A DNA stretch of 64,000 nucleotides from the NCBI GenBank assembly GCA_050331735.1, contig JBHJGN010000015.1, positions 1 through 64,000 of the forward strand, written 5' to 3'. A program made the position numbers and the translations under genes. Shown here piece by piece: positions 8,476-17,300 of the stretch. The DNA comes from Cyanophyceae cyanobacterium (GTDB lineage: Bacteria; Cyanobacteriota; Cyanobacteriia; Cyanobacteriales; JBHJGN01). The notes beneath the pieces were generated by a model. That model saw only the letters and a program-made list of their open reading frames with translations. It searched no databases and was not told where the DNA came from. Numbering within the stretch: position 1 is the stretch's first letter; each line of letters opens with the position of its first letter.

Positions 8476-9201
8476 ATGAAAATGCAAAAAATAGTCGGAA
8501 TTAGCGTTGCGACTCTTGGCATAACGGCAATGACATCGGGAGTGCCAGTTTTATCTCAAGAAGAGCAAGACCCGCTCAATCCGGTAGAAGAATCGCCCGA
8601 ATCAGTAGAGCAGAATCTTGATACTGCTGGAGAGAATATCGAGGAAGCCGAGCAAAACCTCGAACAGGCTGGAGAAGCGGCGGTAGATAGCTTGGAATCT
8701 ACTGGGGAAGCAGCGGTCGAGGGAGTTGAAGCGGCTGGCGAAGCAACGGCGGAAAGCGCTAGAGAAACAGCACAAGAAGTCGAAGCGGCTGGCGAAGCAG
8801 CCGAGCAGAGAATTCAAACATCTACTGAAGAAGCTCAGCAGCAGATTGAATCGGCAGCAGAAGCAGCCCAGGCAGAAGTGGCAGCTACTATGGAAGGCAT
8901 CGAAGAACAGGCTAACTGGGGCTGGTTAGGGTTAGCTGGCTTACTAGGTTTATTTGGTTTAGCTGGGTTGAAGGGTCGCGATAAGGACAGAGTAGAGTAC
9001 CATAATCAGCCCGGTACGCCTGAATATCGTGGGTCAGCGACGGGTGCAATCGACCAGACCACCGCATCTGGATACACCAACCCGTCAGCAACAACCGACT
9101 ACAATCAGCCTGGGACCGTTAACCGTCAAGAACATCCTAACCGAGATATTGTGGTTGAAAAGAGAGTCGACCGTCCGACCGATTACAGAGACCCTAGCTA
9201 A
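8476..9201 (+). CDS. Secreted acidic Ala/Glu-rich protein with WGxxGxxG-CTERM domain
   Basis: Signal peptide, E(A/Q)AGEAA repeats, WGWLGLAGLLGLFGLAG. Confidence 0.85.
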   Translation: MKMQKIVGISVATLGITAMTSGVPVLSQEEQDPLNPVEESPESVEQNLDTAGENIEEAEQNLEQAGEAAVDSLESTGEAAVEGVEAAGEATAESARETAQEVEAAGEAAEQRIQTSTEEAQQQIESAAEAAQAEVAATMEGIEEQANWGWLGLAGLLGLFGLAGLKGRDKDRVEYHNQPGTPEYRGSATGAIDQTTASGYTNPSATTDYNQPGTVNRQEHPNRDIVVEKRVDRPTDYRDPS

Positions 9202-9245
9202 AAGCATCTCTCTTTCTACAATTTTCAGAACACGTTAGTGATACT

Positions 9246-9268
9246 ACGCCTCATCTGAGGCGTTTTTT
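9246..9268 (+). terminator. Intrinsic terminator
   Basis: ACGCCTCA-TC-TGAGGCGT hairpin followed by a T tract. Confidence 0.7.
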
Positions 9269-9275
9269 ATAGTTT

Positions 9276-10160
9276 ATGGCGGCCCCGTTTCATCCTGTCC
9301 CAACTGCTGACGGCTCTTTTACCTTCTTTTCTGCTGAGTTTGATGAAGCTTTTCATTCCTATTCAGGAGCAAGATTGGAGTCTCAACAGAAATTTGTCGG
9401 TCCGTGTCACGTTGCCCGAAAAGCGCAAAGCAGCTCGCTCACAATCTTAGATGTTTGCTACGGACTCGGCTACAATAGTGCTGTGGCCCTGGCAACCATC
9501 TGGGCCATTAATCCATCATGCCGGGTGGAGCTGACTGGATTAGAAGCCGACCCAACTGTGCCTCTCCACGCTACCGAGCACCAGCTTTTGGCAGCGGCTC
9601 TTGACGAAGCCCGGTACTCCCCGATCGTTAATCTGTTGGAAACTCTGTCGCAGTTTCATCAGGTCCAGACCAAACGGGTGCAGGCTCAGCTTTTAATCGG
9701 AGATGCCAGGAAGACCATTCAACAGTATGCTGTGGGGAAAGCAGACGTAGTTTTTCTCGATCCGTTTTCGCCTCCCAAATGTCCCCAACTCTGGACCGTC
9801 GAGTTTTTAGGATTAGTCGCTCAACGTTTGGCCCCAGAAGGGAGACTGGCGACTTATTCCTGCGCAGCCGCGGTGCGCACCGCTTTGAAAAGTGCGGGTC
9901 TTACCTTTGGCCCTACCCAGGGAACAGGGCGACAATCTCCTGGAACTGTTGCCAGCTTTAGTCGTGAGAGTATTTCTGAACTTTCCCCACAGGAACGGGA
10001 ACATCTCAACACTCGGGCTGCCGTTCCTTATCGCGATCCTCGGCTACAGGATGCTGCGGAGATCATTGTGCAACGACGGCAACAGGAACAACAGCAAAGT
10101 CGTTTAGAGCCAACTAGCCACTGGAAAAAACGCTGGATGAATCGAAATTTCCAGCGGTAG
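9276..10160 (+). CDS. MnmC/MnmD-like tRNA methyltransferase
   Basis: TADGSFTFFS..FDEAFHS, LDVCYGLGYNS, FLDPFSPPKCPQLWT, TYSCA. Confidence 0.85.
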   Translation: MAAPFHPVPTADGSFTFFSAEFDEAFHSYSGARLESQQKFVGPCHVARKAQSSSLTILDVCYGLGYNSAVALATIWAINPSCRVELTGLEADPTVPLHATEHQLLAAALDEARYSPIVNLLETLSQFHQVQTKRVQAQLLIGDARKTIQQYAVGKADVVFLDPFSPPKCPQLWTVEFLGLVAQRLAPEGRLATYSCAAAVRTALKSAGLTFGPTQGTGRQSPGTVASFSRESISELSPQEREHLNTRAAVPYRDPRLQDAAEIIVQRRQQEQQQSRLEPTSHWKKRWMNRNFQR

Positions 10161-10170
10161 TTTTTGAGTT

Positions 10171-10316
10171 TATACCATTGACCGAAAGTAGTGAGATAGT
10201 TCTCCTAACTAACAAAGAGTTGGTTCTTAAAAGGGAAAGGCTTGCTGTGCGTCCCTTTCCCCTTTACCCCTTCCCCCAACGGATCAAGTCTCTCATGACT
10301 TTTTCTAATTGGTATA
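10171..10316. mobile_element. MITE-like repeat, copy 2
   Basis: TATACCA...TGGTATA terminal inverted repeats; similar to 1-150. Confidence 0.8.
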
Positions 10317-10511
10317 ATCTACCTCAAGAAGAAATTCAGCAATTTTGTCAACGTCACTCGATCCGAAAGAAGATTTAGAAAGATAAATAATGTCAGCAGA
10401 AAAATTCTTAGAGCCAATTACCCACTAAAACAAACGGTGCCCAGTAGAAAGAATGCTGATATTGGAGCGATCGCAACAGAGATAGTTACAGGAAAAACGC
10501 CTACCCAGAAT

Positions 10512-12233
10512 TTAGGGCTTTAAAGATTCAGAGAGAGTAGTTCCCTCGCCAACAATACAGTCTGCGGCTAAAACAGTAAAATTTTGCGTTTCAAAAACGG
10601 CACAGGTTTCGACTAACTTTGCTAAAGCGGGAGCCTCTCCCTGAGTCAGGCTATCAACAGCTTCGGCGGTGGCTAGCTGGTATTGCTTGAGCCACTTGTT
10701 TTCCCCCTCGTTGAGGTACGAGAGCGTAAACGTATTGTCTTCTAGGAGCCAAAAATCTACCTCGTACTGTTGAATAAAACGCTGTACCGTCTCCAAATTC
10801 GGGCTATACTGAGCCGTAATTAAATCGGTGGCTCGCTGACGAAATTGGCGGTAATAGCCAACGTGATAGGGAATGGCGTACTCACGACTCACTAAAACCG
10901 ATCGTCTAGCAAAAGTGGGCAGAAAATCTGCTTCTCTGGAGGTAGAGGCAATCAGACTATCGGTAGGCTGCTGCGCTAAAAATTGATAGAGTTCCGTTGC
11001 CGTCGCCGTTTCATTGCGAGTTTTCGGGAATAAATCGCCCAAAAAGTAAGGATAGAGGACAACAGCAGTTCCGACTGCGGCAGCCAAGAGAATTGCCACG
11101 GCTTGTTTGGCCAAGCGGAAGCGCTGCGGGTGTTGTGCCCAGCGAAAAACGGTGTCGAGTAATAGAGTAAAAGCGATCGCTGCCGCCAACGCTAACACAA
11201 TTTTTAGGCTCCGCTGCGTATAGCGACTAGGCAGATGCAGGCGAAACAGCACAGCATGAGCAACAAAGAACAGTCCCAACGATACTAGGGTAAGCTGCCC
11301 GAGCAAACTCACCCGCTCGCTCACTTGACGACGCAGCGGCAGTCTCCAGAGAAGCAGAACGGGCAATAGAAATCCCGCGCACAGCGTTGCCGGCATCAGG
11401 GTCGTAGAGCCAAAGATACTGCTCCGCCCGTTCGTCAGCCAAAAATCCCAAAAATCATTGGTAAAGAAGCCCGAGCGCCCCCCGCGATTAAACTCCGGCA
11501 ACGCCTGGGCTTCCGCTACACTAATCGTAGGACCATACTCCGACGTGCCTAAAGCATAGGGCAACAGAACCACAATAGCGACTCCTAACCCCGCCACCCC
11601 AATCCAGCGTTTCCCCCGCAGAAGCTGTAGGCAGAGTACGCCAGCAGAAAGAAACACGCACTGAGGATAGAATAATCCCTGAAGCGCGATCGCCCCCAAG
11701 CAAGGCAGCAGTGCTCCTCTGAGCAGGTAGTACATAAACGCCAACAGTAGCGGATAGGCAAAGCCCCGCGGCGTTCCAGAAGCTAAGGAATCTTCCAGCC
11801 ACAAACTCTGATTTAGCATTACCGCCGCCATAAATCCGGTGACGGGGACGGGCAGGATTTGCATACTGACCCCAAAGCAGTAAGCCGTGGTCAGTACGCC
11901 GAGAACGGTGGGCATCAGCTTATTGAACAACAGCGGCGGAATCCCCATCGCAGCCGCTATTTTATAGAGCCAGGTATAGCCCGCTGGGGCTACCGACTGA
12001 AAATAATCAGCAATCAGATCGTTTGGAAACAGCTCCGGATTGAGAAACCGCTGCATCCAAAATACGTGCTGACGGGCATCATCCTGGACCACATATTCGC
12101 CCCAGCCTTCCTGCCACCCCAAGTAGGCATAGAACACCGCCAACGTCATGCTCAAGCAAAACCAGAACGTTTGCCCTTTAAATAGGATGAATGGATGTCG
12201 TTTAGCGATCGCCTTCATTGCTTCACCCGCCAC
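10512..12233 (-). CDS. Multi-pass membrane protein, putative GT-C-fold glycosyltransferase (paralog of 13783-15561)
   Basis: VVQDDARQHVFWMQRF loop after TM1, many TM helices, soluble C-terminal domain. Confidence 0.7.
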   Translation of the reverse strand: MAGEAMKAIAKRHPFILFKGQTFWFCLSMTLAVFYAYLGWQEGWGEYVVQDDARQHVFWMQRFLNPELFPNDLIADYFQSVAPAGYTWLYKIAAAMGIPPLLFNKLMPTVLGVLTTAYCFGVSMQILPVPVTGFMAAVMLNQSLWLEDSLASGTPRGFAYPLLLAFMYYLLRGALLPCLGAIALQGLFYPQCVFLSAGVLCLQLLRGKRWIGVAGLGVAIVVLLPYALGTSEYGPTISVAEAQALPEFNRGGRSGFFTNDFWDFWLTNGRSSIFGSTTLMPATLCAGFLLPVLLLWRLPLRRQVSERVSLLGQLTLVSLGLFFVAHAVLFRLHLPSRYTQRSLKIVLALAAAIAFTLLLDTVFRWAQHPQRFRLAKQAVAILLAAAVGTAVVLYPYFLGDLFPKTRNETATATELYQFLAQQPTDSLIASTSREADFLPTFARRSVLVSREYAIPYHVGYYRQFRQRATDLITAQYSPNLETVQRFIQQYEVDFWLLEDNTFTLSYLNEGENKWLKQYQLATAEAVDSLTQGEAPALAKLVETCAVFETQNFTVLAADCIVGEGTTLSESLKP

Positions 12234-13756
12234 AGCTTATGCTCTCGTTTGTACTCAGCAGCCAATTCTAACTGGTAGTGAGCTTGATAACTCTGCTTTA
12301 ACGCTTCTGACGGACTAAACAAAAAAATCTGGCTAAAGCCATCGGGAATATCGGCATCGGGTCGGGTGACGAGTTTAAGATGGACGTGCGGAGCAAGTCG
12401 ATAGCTGGTGGTGAGAATATCGTTGACAAAAGCATCGCTAATCACTAAGGGACGTTCGCTTTGGTTGATCGCCTGGGCAGCCTCTCGGTAGTATTTCGAC
12501 TTGCTGTAGTGCTTATTCCAAGTGAGTTCCGACTGAGCCGCAATAGTCGAGGCGATCGCACTCAATACCAAAAAAAGAATAATTAACCCCCGACTGAGTT
12601 TTTGCCACCGGGTTTTCACCCACGGCGGTTGAGCCTGAATCCAATAAATCGCCGCCATCTGTATTCCCAAATAGCAGGGAATTACGTATCTGACCCGCGT
12701 CGAACGAGTTCCCCCTAAAATCAGATCGGGCAGCATCAGCGCTAACGCCGTCACTCCCACCCACGTTAAGATCAACAGACTGGTTCGTTTGGGGGCGGTG
12801 CGGTACAGAAACCACAGCACGTAACCCGTTAGCAGAACAACAATGAGATTGGCAGACCCCAGATTGGCGTTGAACACCGCCTGGTTAATATTGCGAAACC
12901 AGCGATCGCTCAGATAGGCTAAATCCGTCGCCTTTTGCACCTCGGCGGCCATGTTGCCGACGTGGTTAAGATTATTCAAAATCACGATGAGCCAAGGCAT
13001 AAAGGCCGCAGCAGCAACGAAGAGCGATCGCCCATAGGCCAATCCTTTCCCCCGCTGAGTCAGCCCGATATAAATCCCGTGGCCCACAATCGAAAAAATA
13101 AACAGCAGGTGGGAATATAAACCGAGAATAATTGTCGCCGTATAGAGGCTCCAGGAGGACCGGGTATTCAGTCGGAGCGCTCTTAACAGCGCCGCCCCAG
13201 AAAGCGCCACGGCTAGCGTCCATAAGCCATACTGTCGCGCTTCTTGGGCATAGAGAAGATGAAGCGGAGAGATAGCGACCACTGCCACACCAATCAGTCC
13301 GGCGGATGGGTCAGCAAACAGTTCTCGACAAAGCCAGTAAACTGCTGGCAATAGCAATAAACCAAACAACACCGATAGACTTCTAATAATCGCTACCGAG
13401 TCTCCCCACCACGGCAGCCAAAACTGTGTCCACAGTCGCGCCAAAACAAAATAGAGTGGGGGATGTTCTGGGCGAGTCGTGAGGGCGGCGATGGTATCGC
13501 CGAAGCCCTTTTCAGGAGTGGGAAACTTATAGGGTCTCAGGCTTTCTACCTCAATGATGCGGTTGTTGAACAGTTCTGCAACCGTTCCCAGATGAGTATT
13601 GCCCGCCACTCTCATCGAGGTGCGGACCTCATCGCCCCAATAAAATTTCTGCTCAAGGTTGACAAATCTGAGGACGACTCCGAGTCCGATTAAAGCGATC
13701 AAAAAAAACTTGAACGGAATCCGTCGCTGCATAGTTGGAGACGCGTCACCCACCAT
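12215..13756 (-). CDS. Glycosyltransferase family 39/83-like (PMT_2) membrane protein
   Basis: YWGDE, EHPPLYFVL, RSLSVLFG, YAQEARQYGL motifs. Confidence 0.88.
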   Translation of the reverse strand: MVGDASPTMQRRIPFKFFLIALIGLGVVLRFVNLEQKFYWGDEVRTSMRVAGNTHLGTVAELFNNRIIEVESLRPYKFPTPEKGFGDTIAALTTRPEHPPLYFVLARLWTQFWLPWWGDSVAIIRSLSVLFGLLLLPAVYWLCRELFADPSAGLIGVAVVAISPLHLLYAQEARQYGLWTLAVALSGAALLRALRLNTRSSWSLYTATIILGLYSHLLFIFSIVGHGIYIGLTQRGKGLAYGRSLFVAAAAFMPWLIVILNNLNHVGNMAAEVQKATDLAYLSDRWFRNINQAVFNANLGSANLIVVLLTGYVLWFLYRTAPKRTSLLILTWVGVTALALMLPDLILGGTRSTRVRYVIPCYLGIQMAAIYWIQAQPPWVKTRWQKLSRGLIILFLVLSAIASTIAAQSELTWNKHYSKSKYYREAAQAINQSERPLVISDAFVNDILTTSYRLAPHVHLKLVTRPDADIPDGFSQIFLFSPSEALKQSYQAHYQLELAAEYKREHKLWRVKQ

Positions 13757-13782
13757 AGAATTGAGTCATTCAATCATACCAG

Positions 13783-15561
13783 CTATGAATTTAGAATACA
13801 TTGTGCATCTAAAACAACTAAACTGTCAGTTGCCAACGCTGAACAACGCTTTTGAAGGGTCGATAACGCGGGGACAGCTCCCTGTTGCAGTTGAGCGGAT
13901 GCTTGATGGAAGGCGGAGTATTGACCGCTCCAGGGATGGTGCTCGACGTAGTCTACAGAAAAGGCCGTCCGTTCCAGCAGCCAAAAATCAACGCCGTACT
14001 GACGAACGAACTGCTGAACGGCTGGCAAATCTTCGCTGTACTGGGCATTAATGAGCTCGACCGTCCGCTGCGTCATCTCGCCGTAGTATCCCAGATGATA
14101 GGGCAAAACGAACCCTTCACCCCCGACTAAGATTGGGCGTTGGGCAAAGCTGGGGAGGCTGTTCACTTCTGGAGCGACAGAGGCTACCAAAGTTTCTTTC
14201 GGCTGCGAGAGCAGGAACTGATAGAGTTCTGGAACTTGACCTTCTGTATACTGCGTCACCGGAAACGGAAAGTCGTTGGTTCTAAGGATACTCGGGTAGA
14301 AGACGACTGTGGCACCGAGAATAACGGTACAGAGTGAAGTGGCGATCGCCGCTCGCCGATAGTGCCATAGAGTATCAATGATAATAGTGAGTGCGACTCC
14401 CCCAGCGATCGCTACGATAATTCGCAGGCTGTGTTCGGTGTAGCGATTGGGAAGATGCAGTTTAAACAGAAATAAATGGGCCAATAGAAACATTGCGCCC
14501 GAAACCAGCAGCAGTTGAAGCAGGCGAGAAATTTTGGGACTGATTCGAGCAACCAGCGGCAATTTAGCCCGGTAATACAGCAACAGCGGCAACAGCAAAC
14601 TGGCCCAAATTTGCGGAGGCAACAGCCAGACCGAATGCTTATCGATAATCCGACACCATTCTGGGGGCAGGAAGCCACTGCGTTTTCCACAGATCCAGTA
14701 ATCCCAAAACCCGTCGTCAAAAAAATGCGACCATCCTCTCTCGGCGAAGGCGGGCAGGGCTCGAGCCTGTTCAAAGGTAACGACTGGACCAAATTCCGAC
14801 GTTTGCAGGGCATAGGGTAACAAAACGAGCACCGCAACGACTACTCCAGACGCGCAAAACCGATAGTCTCTGCGGGTGCGGAAGCGCCTGCCGCCCCAGT
14901 GCCACCGTCCCAACGCTAATACGCCAACCGCTAAAAACACACACTGAGGATAAAATAGTCCGAGCAGGGCGATCGCCGCCAGAGTCGGCAGCAGCGAGCG
15001 TCGCAGTAAGTAGTATAAAAATGCCAAAAATAGCGGATAAACAAAGGCAGCAGGCGTTGCCGACACCAAATCGTCTCTCATCCAGAGATTTTGATTGAGA
15101 AACAGCGCTGACCAAAAGCCAGCGATGGGAATTGGCAGCATTTGCAGAGCAATGCCAAAACAGTAGGCGGTGGCAATCAGACTCAACGCCAGCGGCAACA
15201 GCTTGTTCAGTAAATCTGGCGCTAGGCCTAACTCGGCAAAGATGCGATAGAAAGAGCTGTAGCCCACGGGAGCCACGGACTGAAAGTAATCAGCTATTAA
15301 ATCGCCAGGAAATAGCTCCGCATCGAGAAACCGCTGCATCCAGAATACGTGCTGTCGGGCATCGTCCTGAACCACGTAATTGCTAGCAAAAGCTTCTTGG
15401 AGCGCCTCTAAGCAGTAGAAACCCGCTACGAGTAAGCTCAAGCTGAACCATAATCGCGTCTTGGCAATTTTCGAGGTCGCCGCGAGAGGGGAGTGCAGGT
15501 GCTTCATGAGCATAGTCGCGATCGGTTTTTTTCTGTTCGTCTGGCGCTGTGTCTGACTCAA
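13783..15561 (-). CDS. Multi-pass membrane protein, putative GT-C-fold glycosyltransferase (paralog of 10512-12233); true start may be ~15513
   Basis: Same QDDARQHVFWMQRF, DYFQSVAP and LHLPxRYT motifs. Confidence 0.7.
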   Translation of the reverse strand: MSQTQRQTNRKKPIATMLMKHLHSPLAATSKIAKTRLWFSLSLLVAGFYCLEALQEAFASNYVVQDDARQHVFWMQRFLDAELFPGDLIADYFQSVAPVGYSSFYRIFAELGLAPDLLNKLLPLALSLIATAYCFGIALQMLPIPIAGFWSALFLNQNLWMRDDLVSATPAAFVYPLFLAFLYYLLRRSLLPTLAAIALLGLFYPQCVFLAVGVLALGRWHWGGRRFRTRRDYRFCASGVVVAVLVLLPYALQTSEFGPVVTFEQARALPAFAERGWSHFFDDGFWDYWICGKRSGFLPPEWCRIIDKHSVWLLPPQIWASLLLPLLLYYRAKLPLVARISPKISRLLQLLLVSGAMFLLAHLFLFKLHLPNRYTEHSLRIIVAIAGGVALTIIIDTLWHYRRAAIATSLCTVILGATVVFYPSILRTNDFPFPVTQYTEGQVPELYQFLLSQPKETLVASVAPEVNSLPSFAQRPILVGGEGFVLPYHLGYYGEMTQRTVELINAQYSEDLPAVQQFVRQYGVDFWLLERTAFSVDYVEHHPWSGQYSAFHQASAQLQQGAVPALSTLQKRCSALATDSLVVLDAQCILNS

Positions 15562-15662
15562 TATTTTATACTGTTACTAACCATGACGGAACTGAACTGT
15601 TAGCCGTGAAGCAGCGCGGTTGAGTTCAACTTTAACTTGAGGCAATCAGCGCTGCCTAATTT

Positions 15663-17012
15663 ATGAAGCATCGCCAGCAGTCTGGCCATCTGCCCAAACT
15701 CCTACCTCGCCCAATGCCGGCTTTAGCACTGTGTGCCTTGCTCGTGGGCCTACTGCTGAGTGCCTGCACTCCTCAGCCAGCGACGCTCTCTTTCGTCGTG
15801 TCGCAGCGTGAAGCTGACTACTGGCAACCGCTGATCGAGGAATTTGAAGACAAACACCCTCACATTCGCATCGCTCTGCTGAATGCTGATAACAGTATCT
15901 TAGATAAGCCAGATGGGACCGATGAGCTCAAAAGATTTTTAGTCGCTGCCTTTGAAAAAAATTCGCCCTATGACCTCATCTCCCTAGACATTATTTGGGT
16001 TCCGGAGTTTGCCGAGTCAGGCTGGCTGATGGATCTGACGGATGAGTTTGACAAAGAGCAATTAGAAGAAGAGTTTTTGGTAAGTGAGGTTGAAAACGGC
16101 TTTTATCGCCACAGGCTCTATCGCCTGCCCTTCCGTACAGATGTTGGTGTTCTCTACTATCGCCAAGATTTACTTCAAGAAGCAGGATTGGAGCCGCCAG
16201 ACACTTTTGAAGAGCTCATCCAAATTTCCCAAACGCTGCAAAAGCAAATTCGCTGGGGATACCTGTGGCAAGGACAAACCGAAGCTCTAATCGCCATGTT
16301 TGTGGAAATTCTTAAAGGCTATGGCGGTTTTTGGATTAATTCCCAGACCGGAGCGGTAGGCTTAGATCGACCAGAAGCCATTCAGGCGGTAGAGTTTTTA
16401 CGCCAGACAATTGAAGCAGGCATTTCTCCTCAAGGGATTACCACCTACGAAGAAGAAGAAACCCGTCGCTTATTTCGGGATGGTCATGCTGCATTTATGC
16501 GGAACTGGCCCAACGTGTGGGTTGATGCCAATAGACCAGGAACTTCTGTTTACGGCAAGATTGCAATTCAGCCAATGGTCCATGCTTCAGGAGAGGAGAG
16601 TAGTGTTTGTAAAGGCGGTTGGGGGTTAGGAATTGCTAAAGCTACCAAACATCCCCAAGCTGCTTTGCAGGCCATTAAGTTTTTTACCAGTGCTGCCGCT
16701 CAACAGCAGTTTACTCTAGCCTATGGCTCGGTCCCTAGCCGTCGCCAGCTATTTTTTGAGCCAAAAATTGTGGCCAAGTATAGCCACTACCCTCAACTGC
16801 TGAATATGATCGACAGGTATTGGGTAGCCCGTCCGCGCATTCCCCAGTATGCCCAAGCCTCCTGTTTGTTGCAGAAACATTTGCGCCAAGCTCTCAATCC
16901 TGATGAGCAGGGTGATCCTAGTCCTCAACAGGCTATGCAGGATGCCGCGAGGGAGACTCGACACCTATTGACTCAAGGAACGTCCGACTGCGAATTAACA
17001 ACTATGGAGTAA
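15663..17012 (+). CDS. ABC sugar-type substrate-binding lipoprotein
   Basis: Lipobox LSAC; DIIWVPEFAESGWL, LYYRQDLL, FMRNWP, GGWGLGI. Confidence 0.9.
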   Translation: MKHRQQSGHLPKLLPRPMPALALCALLVGLLLSACTPQPATLSFVVSQREADYWQPLIEEFEDKHPHIRIALLNADNSILDKPDGTDELKRFLVAAFEKNSPYDLISLDIIWVPEFAESGWLMDLTDEFDKEQLEEEFLVSEVENGFYRHRLYRLPFRTDVGVLYYRQDLLQEAGLEPPDTFEELIQISQTLQKQIRWGYLWQGQTEALIAMFVEILKGYGGFWINSQTGAVGLDRPEAIQAVEFLRQTIEAGISPQGITTYEEEETRRLFRDGHAAFMRNWPNVWVDANRPGTSVYGKIAIQPMVHASGEESSVCKGGWGLGIAKATKHPQAALQAIKFFTSAAAQQQFTLAYGSVPSRRQLFFEPKIVAKYSHYPQLLNMIDRYWVARPRIPQYAQASCLLQKHLRQALNPDEQGDPSPQQAMQDAARETRHLLTQGTSDCELTTME

Positions 17013-17136
17013 GCTCAAATCTGTTGGAAGAGCCATCGCCTTACAGCCGGTTTAATAGTCAAGGTAGGTGGTTGTAGAGTCAGTGATTAGTGGGAATTGA
17101 GCTTCAGTTGCTAACGACTAATCATAAACTAGAGCT

Positions 17137-17282
17137 AATACCAATTAGAAAAAGTCATGAGAGACTTGATGAGTTGGGGGAAAGGGGAAGGGGGAAAGGG
17201 AAGCACAGCAGCTCTTTGCCCTTGAACCTCCAATGCTTGGTTAGTTTAAGGAACTATCTGACTACTTTCGGTAAATGGTATA
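17137..17282. mobile_element. MITE-like repeat, copy 3 (inverted relative to copies 1 and 2)
   Basis: AATACCA...TGGTATA ends; lies between convergent genes. Confidence 0.8.
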
Positions 17283-17300
17283 ATCTCTCTTCACCAGTGA

